A stretch of DNA of 64,000 nt from Octopus sinensis (taxonomy: Eukaryota): contig NC_043016.1 in NCBI RefSeq assembly GCF_006345805.1, positions 23,870,001-23,934,000 on the forward strand. The letters run 5' to 3'. The notes beneath the pieces were generated by a model. The model did no database searches. It saw only the letters and a program-made list of their open reading frames with translations, and had not been told where the DNA came from. A program made the position numbers and the translations under genes. Within the stretch, counting starts at the first letter, position 1. Each line of letters opens with the position of its first letter. This document shows positions 52,015 through 64,000 of the stretch, one piece after another.

Positions 52015-53000
52015 GGATAGAGTGAAAAAGAGAGAGAGAGAGTGTGTGTGCTTGTATCTCTGCTTAAAATTTGATATTGTATGATAGTTGTAAAAAGACA
52101 TCATCATCAAGCAGATTGTGGACTTAGTTTGTAATTTTTCTTGGAAACACGTCTGCAAAATGTACATAAGGAACAAAGTGATTTAAATATTTCATGTGTT
52201 GTTTTCTATTCTTTCTATGATAAATCTGCTCAGTATATATTACAGCCTTACACTACATGTAGTGAGCAAGTCCATATGTAAACAGAATACAGTTTAAAGA
52301 CATAGTGTGTTATAATATATTGACATCTAAATCATTAGTAATATGTTGTGCTTTGAACACCATAACAACTAAAGTATTTATATGTGTGTATGTATGTGTG
52401 CGAGCATGCTTGTATGTCTGTACGCATGTGTGTGTGCATGTGTGTGCATATGTGTGTGTGTGTGTGTGTGCGAAATCATAATTTAACATCCACTTTTCCA
52501 TGCTTACAAGAGTCAAATGGGATGCACTTCCTGTCACCAACACTCACTTGCTTCCAGTCAAGTTGGTATTTCCCCTTGACATATTTCTTTTCAACAGAAG
52601 GCTGGAAATAAACAATATTACTTATATGATTATGATGCTTGTTTACAACCATCTCATGATGTCAGGGGAAAGGTATACACATACACCAGTACACATGCAT
52701 ACACACACATGTATGCACACACACACACACATACACACACAAACACACACATATATACATACACACACATACATATATATATAAATAAATATATATATAT
52801 ATGTAACTACAAAATTAGAGAATGGAGAGAAACATACTTAATCAATAAAACATCAACTATCCGATGATACCCCATCAATACTTACTACACCAATAAACAT
52901 TACATATGATAAAGGCATTATACAAAATAAAAATATACGTAATAGTAAAAAGATAAAGAATATAAGTAAAAATTTCAAATATAATATGTAATTAAATCAA

Positions 53001-53110
53001 AACTGACAGCTGTTTCGGCAGTGAGGGCAGTCATACCTCATTTACCTATAAGCCATAAAGGCAGGTATAAATGAGGCATTAACAAGGATGCCCCACGGCC
53101 TCTTCAGAGA
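53001..53110 (-). ncRNA. Hammerhead ribozyme with a ~90-nt stem II hairpin
   Basis: CU CUGAAGA GGC...GCC GAAA CAGCUG UC AG. Canonical G10.1-C11.1 pair and GUC triplet; stem I is short. Confidence 0.7.
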
Positions 53111-55094
53111 ATTAAATAAAAATTGTTATAATTGTGAAAAATATTATATAACCATATACATATAAATATAAAAATATAAAATGTAAAATATAAAAACTTA
53201 TACATCATAATGCTACACTTATATAATATAATACTCATTGGTACAATAAAGGAAGGTAAACAGAACAAAATAAAACAAAATATATATCAGTGTATATATT
53301 AATATTAATATTAGTCTTGTTGGGTACCTATCTGGCAGTATATTGGATATATATTATCCCATGGTGGGTTGAATTTTCAACCCCTATCTCATTTTATAAC
53401 CTATATATATGTATATATATTCTCTCCTTGTTTTTTTCTGCGTCCCTTTCTGTAGAAGTGTGTAGGCTTGAAACGTAAAAGACTTTTTCTATTCCTGAGC
53501 ATTATACTAATACATCTGTTTGTTTTGTACACCACCTGGTCTTCGTCTTTTGTTTTTTTGCGTAACTCACCGTATATATATTATATATATAATATATATA
53601 TATTATATACATATTGTTATTGGCATCCTTTTGTCTCGGGAGACAATGGAGTTGCGCATAACTAATCCAGTCTGGTTTTTACATTTCATGTCTTCTCCAG
53701 TTTCCACTCCAGTTTGCGCAGGCCTGGGCTAGATGTAAGAAAATCCTGGGTAGCCCAATCGTCAGGGTTCCTATTTTGACCTTGCTGACATAGTCCAAAG
53801 GAGTGTAGAGCATTATGTTTGGCACCAACTTGGTTGCAGGAGCTACTGGAAGAGTGTCGAGTTGAACACTAAACCGCCTGCTCCAGATTTCTTTGAAGGT
53901 TGTCTCCTTTCCGTAACCCTAGATAGGGGCCCATACCAGGTACTGTCAGCCAGAGCCAGCTGAGCCCAGGACTCATGTCAGACAGGGTTGTCACTCACTG
54001 AAGTAGTGAAGGAAATTACTACCCACTACCTTAATATATATATATATATATGTATATACACACGCATATACAATAGGCTTCTTTCAGTTTTCATCTAGCA
54101 AATCCTCTTACAAAGCTTTAGTCAGCCCAGAGCTTTATTAGAAGCTATCCATGCAAGTGGGGAAAGTGAGAGAGAAAGGAGAGAGAAACAAAGAGGGAGA
54201 ATCATCATCATCATCATCATCATCATCGTTTAACGTCTGTTTTCTGTGCTAGCACGGGTTGGACAGTTTGACCGGGGTCTAGGACGCCAGGAGGCTGCAC
54301 CAGGCTCCAGTCTTATCTGGCAGTGTTTCTACAGGTGGATGCCCTTCCTAACGCCAACCACTCTGTGAGCGTAGTGGGTGCTTTTTTTGTGCCGCCGGCA
54401 CAGGTGCCAGGGGGGCTGGCAGTGGCCACAATCGGTTGGTGCTTTTTATGTGCCACCGGCACAGAAGCCAGTCATGGTGACGCTGCAATCGGCCACGTTC
54501 GGATGGTGCTTTTTATGTGCTGACAGGAAGCAACAGAAAGTAACAACCACACTCTTACCTGCGCGTAGAGCGGGTCACCCTCAGCTAGTATATATATATA
54601 GTCAATTCAAAGAACAGAAAAAGCAAAACCAAAAAAATAAAAAAAAACGTTAGGACATAGCACAAGCAATGTATTAATATGACACTCAGTGAAAGAAAAG
54701 AGTTGTTGGTTTATGTTTCGAGCACAGCTCTTCATTGGAAAGTCCAAAGAGAATGAAAGAAGAAGAAGGAAAAATCACCAACAGTCCACGTGGGTTTACA
54801 TTTCACATATATATATATCTATATGTACATATATATATATCTATATGTACATATATGTATATGTGTGTGTGTGGGTTGGGGTGTCTTTGTGTCTGTGCTC
54901 CACCACCATTTGGAAACCAGTGTTGATGTGTTTATGTCCTGCTAACTTATTATTTCAGCAAAAGAGACTGATGCGATAAGTACAAGACTTTAAACACGTA
55001 AGTCCTAGAGTTGGTTTGTTTGACTAAAATCCTTCAAGGCAGTGCCCCAGCATGGCCACAGTCTAATGACTGAATCAAGATAAAAGATAAAAGA

Positions 55095-55147
<53 letters not shown>

Positions 55148-55467
55148 CACACACATAAAACATGTCTGAAACAGCTGTAGTGAACCTCAACCATTTGCTT
55201 TCTTTCTGTATGTAAACACAACACCTGGAATCTACCTTACATTGGATTTGATCTGGAACTTACAGTGGAGTGTGAAACTGAATGTAGGCATGCATGTGTA
55301 TAATTTCATATACATGTATGTATACCTATATGAATGTGAATGTTGATTTATTGAAGTGCATGTATATATAAGTGATAGGACATGGCCATATATACATTGA
55401 TATATATGCATGAGTGTCCTTATATGATATATACTCTGACTTGGTGTCCTGACTATTCCTACAGTGG

Positions 55468-55507
<40 letters not shown>

Positions 55508-55593
55508 GACATGTGTGTATGTATGTATGTATGTATGTATGTATGTATGTATGTATAGAATAATTTCATTTAGTTGTTAACCCTAAAGTTTAC

Positions 55594-55670
55594 CTTATTA
55601 AGCTTCTCCATGGATCCAGGCTATCAGACAAATGATAATCAGGAGATTGTTTGTTATATCATGCACATGT
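55594..55670 (-). CDS. Candidate 77-nt exon: 5' UTR plus start MEKLNK (CDS 55594-55611)
   Basis: ttgattttcAG acceptor and AAG|GTAAAC donor. Stops in all frames upstream of tccATGG. Confidence 0.4.
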
Positions 55671-55868
55671 CTGAAAATCAACAGACATAGGTGTAGCTAT
55701 GTGGTAAGCAACCATGTGGTTGATTCCCAACCACATGGTCTTGGATTCATTCCCACTGTTTAGCACCTTTAGTAAATGTCTTCTACTATTACTCTGAGCC
55801 AACCAAAGCCTTGTGAGTGTATTTGGTAGATGGAAACTGAGAGAATCCCATCAAATAGGTATGTATTC

Positions 55869-55940
<72 letters not shown>

Positions 55941-57756
55941 ATTGCTGTCTCTTTGCCTTAATTTCATGTGATAGTTGTGAACAAATGTCTCCTTCATTCA
56001 AGCAGAGCCCCAATCTTCCATGAAAACATATCTGACCATAGGGAAATATTTCCTTGCTTGGGAACAGGTGAGGTTTGGTGACAAGAAGGGTATCCAGTCA
56101 TAGAAAATCTGCCTTAACAAATTCCATTTGATCCAAAGAATCATGAAAAAGTTCATGTTAATGTGATGATGATAACGATGACAATGATGATGGTTATGAT
56201 ATCTGTATATTGCATTGGTGTGTCTTTCTATATTTTGTTTTATATGTCTAAAAGCCTATATTATGCATTGCTTTGTCAATACAGTTAAGCATTAAAATCT
56301 AACACAATCAAGCTCTCATTTTCTATTGTCTGTCACACTATTCTAATATTTTGCATCTTTTTAAATATAAACTGTTTTAAAGAGGGAAACTTTTTGAAGT
56401 ATTCACATGACATAGGCGCAGGAGTGGCTGTATGGTAAGTAGCTTGCTTACCAACCACATGGTTCCGGGTTCAGTCCCACTGTGTGGCACCTTGGAAAAA
56501 TGTCTTCTATCATAACCTTGGGCCAACCAAAGCTTTATGAATGGATTTGGCAGACGGAAACTGAAAGAAGCCCTTCATATATATATACATAACAAATTAA
56601 TAAATAAAACATATGCATATATACATACATATATGTACATACCTACATCTACATGTATATATGCATGCACATATGGGTACAGGACACCAAAAAAACGTCG
56701 AACACAATGTGAAACGAAAACATAAACACAAAACCAAGGAAATGGACATTTTTCTTAAACAGTGAAAAAATAGAGTACAGGACATACAATACACGGAAAA
56801 TTCCCCTTCTTCAGTCGCCTCTGTTTCATCTACTCCGCGTTTCGAAGGTCAAGGTGAGACATGACTTTGGTGAAACATTCCTTCCCGCAAAAAGCAAATT
56901 AAATAAAATTTGAGATTTTTTTGCGGAGGGGTAAAAAAGGTAACAAAAACAGGACAGTAACGACAGTACAAATTATAAACAGTAAAAGACAGGACAAGGA
57001 GAATAACAGTAACACAGACATTGAGGGCTGTTAAGCCAAACGAGAGAAAATATTACAAACACTTGTTGAGAATGGCAGAGAGAGAGAGACACAGAAAAGC
57101 CGTCTACACTCGAGGGAAACAAGGTCAGAAAGACAGTAGTTTTCTCGTTGCTGGTCAACGACGGGACAGAGGAGGAGTAAGAGAGGGGGGGAATGGTTGT
57201 AGAGAAAACCAGAAAGAATGAAGAATGAGAGAGAGAGAGAGGGAGAGACAGTAAGGTAGAAGAAAAGGAAACCAGAAAGAATGAAGGCTGAGAAAGGGAG
57301 GGGGGCAGAAAGGTTAAGAGTGCGCATCATTATTAATATTAAGAACAAATTTACTTAGAAATGGATGCATGCGTTCCGTCATATAACAAATTAATAAATA
57401 AAACATATGCATATATACATACATATATGTACGTACCTACATCTACATGTATTTATACAGGCATATATGGGTACAGGACACCAAAAAAAATGTTGAACAC
57501 AATGAGAAATGAAAACATAAACACGAAACTAAGGAAATGGACATTTTTCTTAAACAACGAAAAAATAGAGTACAGGACATATATATATATACACATGTAT
57601 ATAAATTAGAGAAGAACTACCATGAAGCACTTCAACAATGATATACTTAAATCATACCATATAGAAAAAAATTAAAGATACGATTAAACATTTACCTAAA
57701 ACTAAATAAAGTACTAAATAATAAATAGTATTTAATTAGTGTGTATGTGTATATAT

Positions 57757-57791
<35 letters not shown>

Positions 57792-59668
57792 CACATATAT
57801 ATATGTATGTGTGTGTATATGTTTGTCTGTCTGTGTTTGTCCCCTCAATATCGCTTGACAACCAATGCTGGTATGTTTACGTCCCCATCACTTAGCGGCT
57901 CGACAAGAGAGACCAATAGAATAAGTACTAGGCTTACAAAGAATAAGTCCTGGAGTCAATTTGCTTGACGAAAGGCGGTGCTCCAGCATGGCCACAGTCA
58001 AATAATGACTGAAACAAATAAAAGAAAAAAAGAATGACTGCCATTCAGTCCAATCATTCCAAATGGCTTGATAGTTTTTTTTTTGTTTGTTTTGCTTTTT
58101 ATTAGCTGAATCTTGCTCTGATGATAACGTGTGGCTTTCACTTTTACTGCTGGGTATCCCAGGTATTTTCCCATTCTACATTGAATTCAACTCAATTACA
58201 CTTTTGTTTCCTCAATTTGTGAACACTCTCCCTTCTTCCTTCCTAGTTCTCAAACAACAATTCTTTCAAACCACATCCTCCTCCTTACCCCATCTTCACT
58301 TCTCATAAAGTCCTTCTTTGAGCAATTGTTGAATGAAGACTTAGTACTGCTTGCTATATGTATGTTTCATTTTCTAATAGGAATCACAAAATTGTACATG
58401 TTGGATATGCATGTAAGAAATTTCCTATTAGGAATTGTTCAGAAAGAGAATCAAATAATACATGCATGTATGCAAGCATGGATAGATAGATAAATGCATG
58501 CATGCATGAATACATACATACATACATACATACGTGCATACATACCTATATATAAAATTATACACACATGTGTTTGTGTGTATATAATATATAATACAAT
58601 AGGCTTCTTTCAGTTTCTTTTTTCCAAATTCACTCATAAGGTTTTGTTTGCCCTGGAGCTCTAGTACATGACACTTGCCCAAGGGGCTATTCAGAGGGAC
58701 GGATTCTGAAACCAGATTGAAACACTAACTTCTTAATCATACAGCCATGCTGGCTCATGTGTTCCAATTCTACCATATGGTGGAACCCTTCAATTTTTAA
58801 GAATAATGTTGACAGTATTCAACCGACATGACAGGCAGATTTCTCAAGAAATACCTGTATATTTGAGATGCTAATCCATTCTCAATCATATCGTTCCATG
58901 TAGTTTCTCATAACTCCATTAAAGAATTGGTGAAATTCTGAAAGATAGTGGTTCACTGCTTGATGTTGATGTTCAAGAACTGGCAATTAATTGCATGTAG
59001 GCTACACTTCAAAATATATACATATAACTAATTAAACAACTGCTGACCCATCAAGAACTTATAAGAGATATTCTCCTTTTGTATCAACATCATACTTCTC
59101 AAACACCCAGTAATGTACAACCATGCAACCAGCATGATTCTTTTCTCACACTATTCATATTTAGCATTTACTTTTATTTTCAGCATTTATTCATTTTATC
59201 TTGTATGATATATAATTTATACAGGTAACATGATGCTATCGTTTTCCCCAGAAGCTTTCAGTTTTGCATTGTCATTTGCTGAAGATTTTTATATAAATAT
59301 TGAAACAATAGTTTAATAAATATTGAAAATAAAAGTCAACATTAAAAGTAAATAAATGGAAGGGTGTTTTATTTCTTAAGTAAATACATATTTTATGAGA
59401 GATTAACGTGGATTAACTTGCTCAGAGAATGTTTTACAATGCACACAGCAAAAACAATTCTATATTTGCAAAAGAAATCTTACAGAAAATTTGTTGAAAT
59501 ACATTTTGTGGACATTACATGAATAACCAAGAAAATTCATCAAATAGAAATAGATAAGTATTTCAATGTACAAATGCAACATGACAAAATCAACATGTAC
59601 AGGATCATTCTTTGAAGGCTCTCAAACGATATCAACAGAAAACAAAACTGAAATGTGGTTTTCTTTCA

Positions 59669-60075
59669 TAGGCGCAGGAGTGGCTGTGTGGTAAGTAGCT
59701 TGCTAACCAGCCACATGGTTCGCAGTTCAGTCCCATTGCGTGGCACCTTGGGCAAGTGTCTTCTGCTATAGCCCCGGGTTGACCAATGCCTTGTGAGTGG
59801 ATTTGGTAGACGGAAACTGAAAGAAGCCAGTCGTATATGTGTATATATATGTGTATGTATGTAAGTGTATGTGTTTGTGTGTCTGTGTTTGTCCCCCTAG
59901 CATTGCTTGACAACCGATGCTGGTGTGTTTATGTCCCCGTCACTTAGCAGTTTGGCAAAAGAGACCGATAGAATAAGTACTGGGCTTACAAAGAATAAGT
60001 CCCGGGGTCGATTTGCTCGACTAAAGGCGGTGCTCCAGCATGGCCGCAGTCAAATGACTGAAACATGTAAAAGAG
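59669..60075 (+). mobile_element. Full-length, young dominant-family SINE
   Basis: Closely matches the other full-length copies and retains many CpGs. Confidence 0.92.
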
Positions 60076-60549
60076 AAATTTCTTCTTTTTTCATAGGTTA
60101 ATTCTAGTATACAAGTGGACAATTGACAGATGTCAATATAAAAACTACTATTCAATGGTGTTAATAAGACAAAATAGGAGAGTGTCTTAACTTGCTTCAT
60201 GAATTCAGAATCATGTTGTTAACATGGTGGATCTTTTCTTTCTACAAAGTTGGAGTCCTTGGCTCATCATTGAAATGTATCTTTCTTATGTCTTTTCTAT
60301 AAGTATTTCTATATTTCTTCATGGTTATTGTTCTGATGAACTTTCTGTCAAAACTGTTAAATGTGTAACCTGCTTCTCTTCTTAGGCACATCATTTCTCA
60401 GTTGAACTTCATGTTAGTCATAAGTCCTTCTATTACAATAGTCTCTGTTCTTGAATTGCCGCTCTCTGGAACTCAAAGCCATCTTCTTGTTTTCCTCCTG
60501 TCTATGATATTCTGTCCTTTAAACTTTCTATTAATCAACAACTTATGAC

Positions 60550-60840
60550 TTTACAGTTCTATATTTAAGAGATGAGGAATTATGTACATTATTTACATTA
60601 TTTACGTTCGATGGATATTTGTCCTCATCTTGTTTGTTGTTAACACAATGTTTTGGCTGATATACTCTCAAGCCTTCTTCAGGTGTCTTGAGGAAATTTC
60701 GAACCTGGGTTCTCATTCCTAAGGTATTTTTCGATGTTATTATTATTATTGTTATTGTTCAGGTCACTGCTTGGAATCAAACTCAGAATCTTGGGGTTAG
60801 TAGCCTGCACCCTTAACCACTACACCATATGCCCTTGGGC
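60550..60840 (-). mobile_element. tRNA-headed SINE with a CpG-decayed HHR motif (60643-60686)
   Basis: Head ggtgtagtggttaagggtgcaggctactaacccc. ACAC CTGAAGA A GGCT..AGCC AAAA CATT GTGT. Confidence 0.75.
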
Positions 60841-61469
60841 ATATGAATTTGTAGGCACCTTCCTTTCCTTTCCTTTTTTGTAGTCTCTTTTGCTACAGTG
60901 ACCCCCAAGCCTTGTTTAGGACAAAATCAATAAAAAAAATAATGCATGGAAGGATACTAGCTGCTCTTGGTAAATGATTAATGTTCATCAACCAACTGAA
61001 GGAGGAGAATATGTGGTAGAAATTGAAGAATCTCTAATATTGCAAAAAAGGAGAAAAAAATGTTCTTATATAGTTGCTCAGTACTGAGTATTCGCGATAC
61101 TTCATACAAGCCCAAAACTAGGTTATTTCCTGCAAGTTCCTAATCAGTTTGTGAATAAATATATAATGCTGGCTTTATTTCATTCATATATTCATGCTAT
61201 ATTTAAGGTTTTATTGTTTTTATGTGGGAGCAATATTAATCATTGTTATAATGGAATCCGAGATATTCAGAATATTAAGGGAATTAATAATAATTTACTA
61301 TTGACTAGAATTTAAAAAATTTTTTATGAAGCAGGTGTTTTGCCACATTATTGAACAAAAGCTTCTAACATAGAATTATAACAAAATTTATTTACATGAA
61401 AGAAAGTTACCACAGAACTTTCTTCTAATTCTTCCAAATCTTTCTGCTCCTTCCTACATCCTGAATGCT

Positions 61470-61750
61470 GTAGCGAAAGGGAGGGTCACTGCTTATATAA
61501 CTGAACGAAACAAAATTCTTAAGTACTGGGACTTGTCAGTGAATCATTTCTTCCAGCCTGTGGCAGTTGAAAAGTTTAGAGGGATTAAGTCACTAGCCAC
61601 AAAGTTCTTGTCATCATTGGCAGCTCACATCACCGATCTGTCAGGTGATGTCCATGAGGGTGCTAGGCTGTTTGAATGCCTTAGCCTCACCGTCACCCAT
61701 GGTAATGCTGTGAGTGTGCTGGCTAGCTTCAGTAGGTTCCGTTGAACTTT
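61470..61750 (+). mobile_element. CRE-clade non-LTR retrotransposon C-terminus (REL domain end)
   Basis: ERNKILKY.DLSVNHFFQPVAVE...FLSSLAAHITDLSGDVHEGARLFECLSLTVTHGNAVSVLASF. Confidence 0.75.
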
Positions 61751-61987
61751 GTGGTGTGTGTGACCAGTTGAAGCATTTGGTACTGCATTGCAGGTGATTT
61801 TTTGTTTTTTTCCTTTTTCTTCCCCACAAATGGTTTCAAAGCAGTTTTAGCAGAAAGATTTGGAAGAATTAAAAGAAAGTTTTCCAATAATTTTCTTTCA
61901 TGTAAATAAATGTTTTATGTTAATTGATTAGAATTATTTAGAACAACACCCTGAAATTTTCAGTGCATTGTTGCAGGTAGTCATATC

Positions 61988-62206
61988 TCTCTTTTACTCT
62001 TTTACTTGTTTCAGTCGTTTGGCTGTGGCCATGCTGGAGCACCGCCTTTAGTCGAGCAAATCGAGCCCAGGACTTATTCTTTATGAGTAGTACTTATTCT
62101 ATCGGTCTCTTTTGCCGAACCACTAAGTTACAGGGACGTAAACACACCAGCATCGGTTGGCAAGTGATGTTGGAGGGGACAACACAGACACCAAACATAT
62201 ACACAC

Positions 62207-62253
<47 letters not shown>

Positions 62254-62428
62254 AACATATACGATGGGCTTCTTTCAGTTTCCATCTACCAAATCAAATC
62301 TCACAAGGTTTTGGTCAGCCTGAGGCTATAGTAGAAAACACTTGCCCAAGGTGCCACGCAGTGGGACTGAACCCAGAACCATGTGATTCGTAAGCAAGCT
62401 ACTTACCACACAGCCACTCCAACACCTA
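61988..62428 (-). mobile_element. Full-length dominant-family SINE; another copy at 62945-63355(-)
   Basis: Reverse complement of the 10860 family. Confidence 0.9.
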
Positions 62429-62432
62429 TGTA

Positions 62433-62471
<39 letters not shown>

Positions 62472-63144
62472 TGATATATAACCTGCATGCAATCAGATAC
62501 AAGTCCTTGATTATTAGAATCAAATAGCAAACTGTCCCACCAAACTTCATCTATCCTTTAACTGGAGTTTCAACAAACCATATAGATATGTTTTGGTTGC
62601 TAATAAAGTGGCATCTGATATATGTAGATGCTTCTCAAGATCAACTGCTGTTATTGTCACTAGCATGGAATGAAAACTTGTCCTGTTCTACTGTTTGGGA
62701 CATATCATGCATTATATATAAAAAAACATTTCTTTTGCAACACTTAAGTCATATTCTTCACAGTGAACTCCAATACTATTTGATATATTGTCTTAAATCC
62801 TTAAAAATGTTTTAGCCCAAAGGCCGCGGCCATGCTGGGGCACCACCACTGTCTAGGGATGTAATACTAATTTTTTTCTCAATATGTCTGTCTGTCCATC
62901 TCGGCTTTTGCCCCTCTCTTTATCTCTCTCATATATATATGTATTCTTTTATTTGCTTCAGTCATTTGACTGTGGCCATGCTGGAGCACCAACTTTAGTT
63001 GAACAAATCAACCCTAGGACTTATTCTTTGTAAGCCTAGTACTTATTCTATCGGTCTCCTTTGCCAAACCACTAAGTTATGGGGAGGTAAACCACCAACA
63101 TTGGTTGTTGAGCGATGGTGGGGGACAAACACAGATACACAAAC

Positions 63145-63182
<38 letters not shown>

Positions 63183-64000
63183 TATACAACCACACCACAC
63201 ACACATATTATACGAAAGACTTCTCAGTTTCCGTCTACCAAATTCACTCACAAGGCTTTGGTTGGCCCGAGGCTATATTAGAAGACACTTACCATGCAGT
63301 GGAACTGAACCTGGAACTATGTGGTTGGTAAGCAAGCTACTTACCACACCGCCACATATATTATATATATATGTGCCTCCAAGAACACAACATGCAACCC
63401 GGTCCAGGAATCAAACTCTTTACCTCATGATTGTGAGCCTGACACTCTAACCACTGAGCCATGCACCTTCACACATATATATTATTATATATATTATATG
63501 AAAACAAGCAGCTTACTAACCTCCCTCTGACTTCAAGTTTCACAGGGCAATCATAAATCTACATAATTCATATGTGTTTATACAGCAGGTTCTAATGCAT
63601 ATTTATTCACACATATACACACAGCCACCATACAACTGACATACATGCAGCTGATATGCACAGCTGACACATACATCCACATATTCACACACACAAGTAC
63701 TCATACATGGCTGACAAGTACCCTCACACACGTGTACATGCAACCTAGCAATCATGCACAAAAAGATCTGATGCCTTCAACTCTCACTCATACACTGGCT
63801 TACACATGTGCACCCCCTAACCATACACACGGATAACAGATACAAACGCATAGAAATCAGAGGCATCTACACACTCATACATCAGGTATACACATACACA
63901 TACACACCCTTGCCCTCAAGTCTCATCAGACACCAAGGCACCACCAGCTTCCTGTTCAACCATGTGGTCCAAGAAATTTCCCTTTTAAATGCATCTAGAG

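Noticed and set aside
58096-58152. Plus-strand exon-like segment (AESCSDDNVWLSLLLLGIP)
   Set aside because: It has a good poly-T acceptor but no partner exons on the plus strand, and the poly-T follows a SINE tail region.

Overview
Repeat-dense, AT-rich eukaryotic DNA, very probably an octopus genome (inferred from recognisable cephalopod-type SINE/RTE families and the (TA)n/(CA)n/(AAT)n density; no search was run). It has a 100-N scaffold gap at 51055-51154. Most six-frame ORFs are microsatellite or repeat artefacts. The window holds three decayed mariner transposons, fragments of RTE, R4/Dong, Tx1/L1, CR1/L2 and CRE non-LTR elements, many tRNA-derived SINEs and small MITEs. There are also several plausible but unidentified minus-strand protein-coding exons (one or two genes) and a CpG-retaining island at about 18.9-21.7 kb. 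The most striking signal is a set of (AT)n-embedded, Penelope-like non-autonomous insertions that carry type I hammerhead ribozyme (HHR) motifs. I count eight copies with an intact catalytic core and about eight degenerate ones. They occur as near-perfect head-to-head palindromes, as a ~473-bp tandem array that could self-process into unit-length or circular RNA (retrozyme-like), as an HHR with a ~90-nt stem II, and inside a tRNA-headed SINE. All folding was done by eye.
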